From positions 7,768-71,767 of the forward strand of contig JBLIMJ010000001.1 of NCBI GenBank assembly GCA_047638595.1: DNA of 64,000 nt, in the 5' to 3' direction. Position 1 is the stretch's first letter. Each line of letters opens with the position of its first letter. This document shows, one piece after another, positions 59,889 to 64,000 of this stretch. Source of the DNA: Acidimicrobiales bacterium (lineage in GTDB: Bacteria > Patescibacteriota > Minisyncoccia > Phycocordibacterales > UBA918). A model generated the notes under the pieces. It was given only the letters and a program-made list of their open reading frames with translations, made no database searches and had not been told where the DNA came from. A program made the translations under genes and the position numbers.

Positions 59889-61352
59889 TTATCCAGTGAT
59901 ATTCTTGACCCATCCAAACGTACTTTCGAAGTTTTCTAGAATTAGATCGATAATACTTTTTTCCTGAATCGGAGTGAAGAGTACGAAGTTCTCTGACTGG
60001 ACAGTGTTTTGAGCCTCATCCCAACAGTTTAACCAGAATTGGTACACAGTTGCAGGTGCAAAGTCGACAATCACCTCTACGTGTCGCTCAGCGTAACTAA
60101 TTTCATCAGCCTCGATAACAGTGGGCTCGACTCCTGCGGCGACACCTTCAGTGTAGGCCATCGTGCAATATGCAGGTTCATCTGTTTTCCATTCAACAAT
60201 ACTCTGAATACGGGCAGTATCTCCTGGAAACAGTGTTGATTCGTTGTTTACGTTTGAAATAAGCGGGGGTGCTGTATCACGTACAGTGATAAAGGTCATC
60301 GGCTGACTCTTTACACGATCGCCACCGCTATTTTCAGCGATAACAAACGCTACATACCTAGTTCCTAAAGTTAGATCGGCAATACGCATTTGATGTGTTG
60401 TCGCAAGTGTCGGCCTTCCTTTTGAATTTTGTACACCAGTAGTAAGATCTTGATATTCAATCAAAGCCTTTGCAGGTACCGTTGTTTCCCATGCAAGTGT
60501 TGCTGCATTTTCTTCCACTTTTACAATACGCAAGTTGCGAATATTTGGTAAGGAAGCTTTGGTTTTAAACGTATAATCAAGAGACTCACCTGTGACATTT
60601 AGTGAATCAGTAGATTGTACTTTGAAATGATATTCAGTGAATGCCTCTAGCCCAATAAGCTGTACTTCATGGTTTTTTGCATTTCCATCGGTACTAGATT
60701 GGGAGAATGAGTATGACCCAGGAACATATTCAGCGGCGGAGGAAAAAAGAACTGTTGAGTTAGATTCACGGTCGGTGGTCCACTTAACCAAAGCGCTAAT
60801 GGTTTCAGGGATAACTATAGGTGGACCTACAATAGCGAGAGCATCTGTGATACCTTGAATTGCTTCAATAGTTACATCAAGAATTTCTTGAAGTTGTTCA
60901 ACTTGTGTAATTTGTTTAATATCTTCAATAATTTCCTGTGTGGTACTTTCACTTGATCCAACCCCTGTTCCATCCTGATCTTGTATAATATCACCTGTCT
61001 GTACTTTGTAATCTGCAGAGATACCCTGATTCCCTTCCTCATCTGCAGAAACTACACGGAAGTGATACACGCGATTTGCCTCGAGATCATCAAGTGTAAT
61101 AGAGTGAGTCTGCCTGTCAGATACCGGAAGACGAACGATACCGTAGTCCTCTAAGAGACCGTAGTTCACCAACGAGTCAGCATCTTCATCAGTTTCCCAA
61201 GTAATAGTAATGGACGTCTCAGAGTTATTTACAACCTGCACGTTTGAAAGTTCAGGCGGCACAATATCATCTACTGCTGCATATGCAACAGTAGTGACAG
61301 AAAGAACACTCATCAAAATACCTAAAAGCTTGGCCTTCATTAGGTTAATCAT
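59889..61352 (-). CDS. Secreted protein with tandem fibronectin type III-like domains
   Basis: Signal peptide, then repeated FN3-like units (ITITWETDEDADSLVNYG...YHFRVVSADEEGNQG; ATLAWETTVPAKALIEYQ...YVAFVIAENSGGD). Confidence 0.6.
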   Translation of the reverse strand: MINLMKAKLLGILMSVLSVTTVAYAAVDDIVPPELSNVQVVNNSETSITITWETDEDADSLVNYGLLEDYGIVRLPVSDRQTHSITLDDLEANRVYHFRVVSADEEGNQGISADYKVQTGDIIQDQDGTGVGSSESTTQEIIEDIKQITQVEQLQEILDVTIEAIQGITDALAIVGPPIVIPETISALVKWTTDRESNSTVLFSSAAEYVPGSYSFSQSSTDGNAKNHEVQLIGLEAFTEYHFKVQSTDSLNVTGESLDYTFKTKASLPNIRNLRIVKVEENAATLAWETTVPAKALIEYQDLTTGVQNSKGRPTLATTHQMRIADLTLGTRYVAFVIAENSGGDRVKSQPMTFITVRDTAPPLISNVNNESTLFPGDTARIQSIVEWKTDEPAYCTMAYTEGVAAGVEPTVIEADEISYAERHVEVIVDFAPATVYQFWLNCWDEAQNTVQSENFVLFTPIQEKSIIDLILENFESTFGWVKNITG

Positions 61353-61397
61353 AGCACTAGTGGTTTATGAAACAGTGAAAGAAGTCCCCAAATATTT

Positions 61398-64000
61398 CTA
61401 AAAAGGACTAATCGGTGTGAATGTAACTCCACCAGTATGTGTTGCACTTGATACACCAAATGGAATTGAGATTCCCCAGAACACATCATCAATAATTGCA
61501 GAGATTGTTGTTGTTGGCTTCGCAAGATCTACCCGGTAACTCGTTGCAGTGGTTGCAAGGGACGTACAACTTACACACAATGGGTAATTGAAGGTACTTG
61601 TAGCAAAGATCTGTTCAGATGCTGGAATACTTGAGTCGTATCCATCAGTCAACGCGGTACCCTCAATATCGATATCAATCTCAACATTACCGAGATTCTC
61701 TAACGTTGACGAAGCATTTATTGCCCCTGTGTCAGAACTTGGTGATAACGAAACATAATTAATTGCATTATTTACATCCAGTGCTCGAAGCGTCTGCACC
61801 TCCACACTCGGGCTGGTACCAAAGCCGTATCCACCCAACACATCTTCTACTTCAAAGAATGCCCACCATTGATTTGCTCCATCAGTATCGGTTGCATCAG
61901 CGTGGTAAAAGAAGTCTGCATAACACATGAGTGTGCAACTATTTCCTGCACAATTACTAAATGAACACTGTGACGACGTAGTCTCTACGTAACAATCGTT
62001 ATTATCAGGCGTACACAACGCCCCCGCTGAGGTGGTATACATAGTTGATGATGCAACTGTCAATTCATTGTACCCGTTGAGGTCTGTTACGGTACTACTT
62101 GCATACACACGTGTGGTTGTTCCTGGAACCAGTGAAATATCAGCCCCATCGTTAAAGGTTACTGCACCAAATGTCGGATCAAACCTCAGTGTCATTTTTG
62201 CAACACTCAAGTAGGTGTCTAATTCAGCACCCCCATCAGTAACCCGTAAACAGATATTTTCATCAAACGCACTTAATGTTGGGGTAATAACATATTCGAG
62301 TTCTGTGTACTCGTCTTGCTCCAAGGTAACCGTACCAGCAGGGTTAGAGGGATCTTCAGTGAGTTTACCACTAGTAAATGTACCATTAGCAATGGAAAGG
62401 AGGTCAGTAGTGCTCTCACCATCGATTACATTACCTGAACTTTGCATACACACCGGTGAGACTCCACAACTTACCTGCGGTGGCACTGCTGCATAGCCAG
62501 CACCATCAACTGCTTCACAACTTGGCGCTACGCCTTGTTCTGCGAATTCAAGAAGGTAAGATGATCCGGCTATCTGTGGTCCAGAATTTTCAACCAACAA
62601 CCGTAAACGTGCAGTGTCTCCAGGACTAAGGTCTGATGTGAACGTATCAATATCAGCGCGCCATGAGGCACCCCCACCAACCTGCTCTGCTCCGAAGTAC
62701 ACAGTCGGCTCAGTATCCACTCTCACTCGTGAGGTGATACCGTCCCAGCCTCCATTGTTAAACCAGTAGGTAAATCCAATACCCCCCTGAGTGTAACTGT
62801 TGTCGTTTGCAGTTGTCGAAGCAACTTCACTTCCATCCTTACTGAGCGTCACAGTGATATTATCGTTGGTCTGCCAGTCAATCTCAACTTCATACCATCC
62901 AGATGTGTATGCAACACTTGTTGACGCGAGTATGGTTCCACTACTGTCTACATCAACTACATTCTTAGCTAATGATATACGGTCAGTACCAGGCACTTGC
63001 TCGGTACACACTGCATAATTATCGTTACCACTTCCTGGATCCTGCACCGCGAACAAAGTACACACTTCATCACCACCACCTGAGGTATCGATATACTGCA
63101 TATAGCGAATAATTTCCCCCTGACTGGTTGTTGCACTTGTATGGTTGTAAATACCATCAATCGCCTGCAATCCTTCGCTACCGGTGTTATCCAACCCGTA
63201 TGACCCACCAAACGCGAATGTTGCGTCTACCGCAAACTTACCCGTGTCTCCAGAGTATTCTGCGATATCTCCATCTTCAAAGTCATCTCCCATAATAAAT
63301 GTCGTATCAATTGAACTAGATGATAGCGCTACTGCGTTCTCATAGTACATAAAGACTGTTGCAATATCATTTGCAGGCAATGTTGGTACCTGCACCCATA
63401 CTGTCGCCGCTACACTAGCGGTGAGAGTCTCTACCCAGAATGGAATCTCCGTCATTCCTGAGTTATCGGTGAAACGAAGATCATCAAATCCAGCCTGCAT
63501 GTCAGCGTCATAAGTTACTTCAATTTTTACTGATGTTGAGCTATATGTGGCTGAATCTTGATTTTGTATACGAACCCTCTTTCTTTTGTCCCAGTTAGTA
63601 TTGAACCATTCTGAGTCTGGTACACCCAGCCCGCCATCGTCATTTCTCCAACGGTAATGTGTCTGTTCTATAAGAAAGCAGAGACTATCGTCCCATCGGA
63701 GGAATCCACAGGCATCCATACCGTCGTCATCAAATGCCTCACCATATATATTTCCGTCAGAGCCGGTGAATTCCCACGTATTATTCGTGGTACCCAATAA
63801 AAGCGCAGCGTTAAACCCAGTAATCGCACCCAGAGTTGAGAAAGCGACATTAGTAAACACCTTAGGTGAATTCGCATTAAGTGCCTCTGCAGACACCGTG
63901 ATCGATGAGCCACTGTCTACAGTGAGTATATACGACCCATTAGATAAATCTGAAATTGTTGGAGTATTACTAATATTAAGACCATAAATATCGGTATTGG
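61398..64000 (-). CDS. Very large surface protein, partial (N-terminus beyond the right edge)
   Basis: The frame stays open upstream of the track start (a GTG at 63896) through position 64000 (...TDIYGLNISNTPTISDLSNGSYILTVDSGSSITVSAEALN...). It contains QTHYRWRNDDGG...ENICLRVTDGG modules like the 1414-aa protein. C-terminus ...THTGGVTFTPISPF. Confidence 0.55.
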   Translation of the reverse strand, partial: NTDIYGLNISNTPTISDLSNGSYILTVDSGSSITVSAEALNANSPKVFTNVAFSTLGAITGFNAALLLGTTNNTWEFTGSDGNIYGEAFDDDGMDACGFLRWDDSLCFLIEQTHYRWRNDDGGLGVPDSEWFNTNWDKRKRVRIQNQDSATYSSTSVKIEVTYDADMQAGFDDLRFTDNSGMTEIPFWVETLTASVAATVWVQVPTLPANDIATVFMYYENAVALSSSSIDTTFIMGDDFEDGDIAEYSGDTGKFAVDATFAFGGSYGLDNTGSEGLQAIDGIYNHTSATTSQGEIIRYMQYIDTSGGGDEVCTLFAVQDPGSGNDNYAVCTEQVPGTDRISLAKNVVDVDSSGTILASTSVAYTSGWYEVEIDWQTNDNITVTLSKDGSEVASTTANDNSYTQGGIGFTYWFNNGGWDGITSRVRVDTEPTVYFGAEQVGGGASWRADIDTFTSDLSPGDTARLRLLVENSGPQIAGSSYLLEFAEQGVAPSCEAVDGAGYAAVPPQVSCGVSPVCMQSSGNVIDGESTTDLLSIANGTFTSGKLTEDPSNPAGTVTLEQDEYTELEYVITPTLSAFDENICLRVTDGGAELDTYLSVAKMTLRFDPTFGAVTFNDGADISLVPGTTTRVYASSTVTDLNGYNELTVASSTMYTTSAGALCTPDNNDCYVETTSSQCSFSNCAGNSCTLMCYADFFYHADATDTDGANQWWAFFEVEDVLGGYGFGTSPSVEVQTLRALDVNNAINYVSLSPSSDTGAINASSTLENLGNVEIDIDIEGTALTDGYDSSIPASEQIFATSTFNYPLCVSCTSLATTATSYRVDLAKPTTTISAIIDDVFWGISIPFGVSSATHTGGVTFTPISPF

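Overview
Organism, from sequence alone: a 64-kb window from a moderately AT-rich bacterial genome, with almost every gene on the minus strand. The envelope biology looks monoderm (Gram-positive-like): a CcdA/TlpA/DsbA module, no secretin in the type IV pilus (T4P) operon, and proteins resembling the Gram-positive DUF916/DUF3324 surface family. This is compatible with a small-genome Patescibacteria/CPR-like organism, but that lineage guess is inference only. Contents: housekeeping genes are HtpX, LemA, a MazG-like NTP pyrophosphatase, GroES-GroEL, SecG, RNase J, an MFS transporter, a MutY-like glycosylase and two tandem HIT-like proteins. There is a four-gene thiol:disulfide module (CcdA, TlpA/ResA-like, DsbA-like, DUF3179-like). 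A long T4P operon encodes PilB, PilC, PilM, about six prepilin-like proteins and a CheY-like regulator. A signalling cluster holds an OmpR-type regulator, two sensor histidine kinases, a periplasmic binding protein and a Cache/HAMP protein. Mobile DNA: an IS200-like Y1 (HUH) transposase element is bounded by perfect hairpins, and related orphan REP-like hairpins sit elsewhere. Surface-protein islands, the most interesting part: (i) very large T/S/G-rich secreted proteins (1414 aa, 626 aa, one longer than 830 aa running off the window). Each is followed by a paralogous family of two-domain, C-terminally membrane-anchored proteins, three copies in the window. I read these as DUF916/DUF3324-like partners of a WxL-like surface system. 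One copy is fused to a LytR_C-like domain. One locus sits behind a MacB/FtsX-type ABC exporter. (ii) A cohesin/dockerin operon with three cohesin-domain proteins, two of them membrane-anchored and one carrying its own dockerin. A separate dockerin protein elsewhere carries Myxococcus-type cysteine-rich repeats. No rRNA, tRNA or CRISPR array was recognised.
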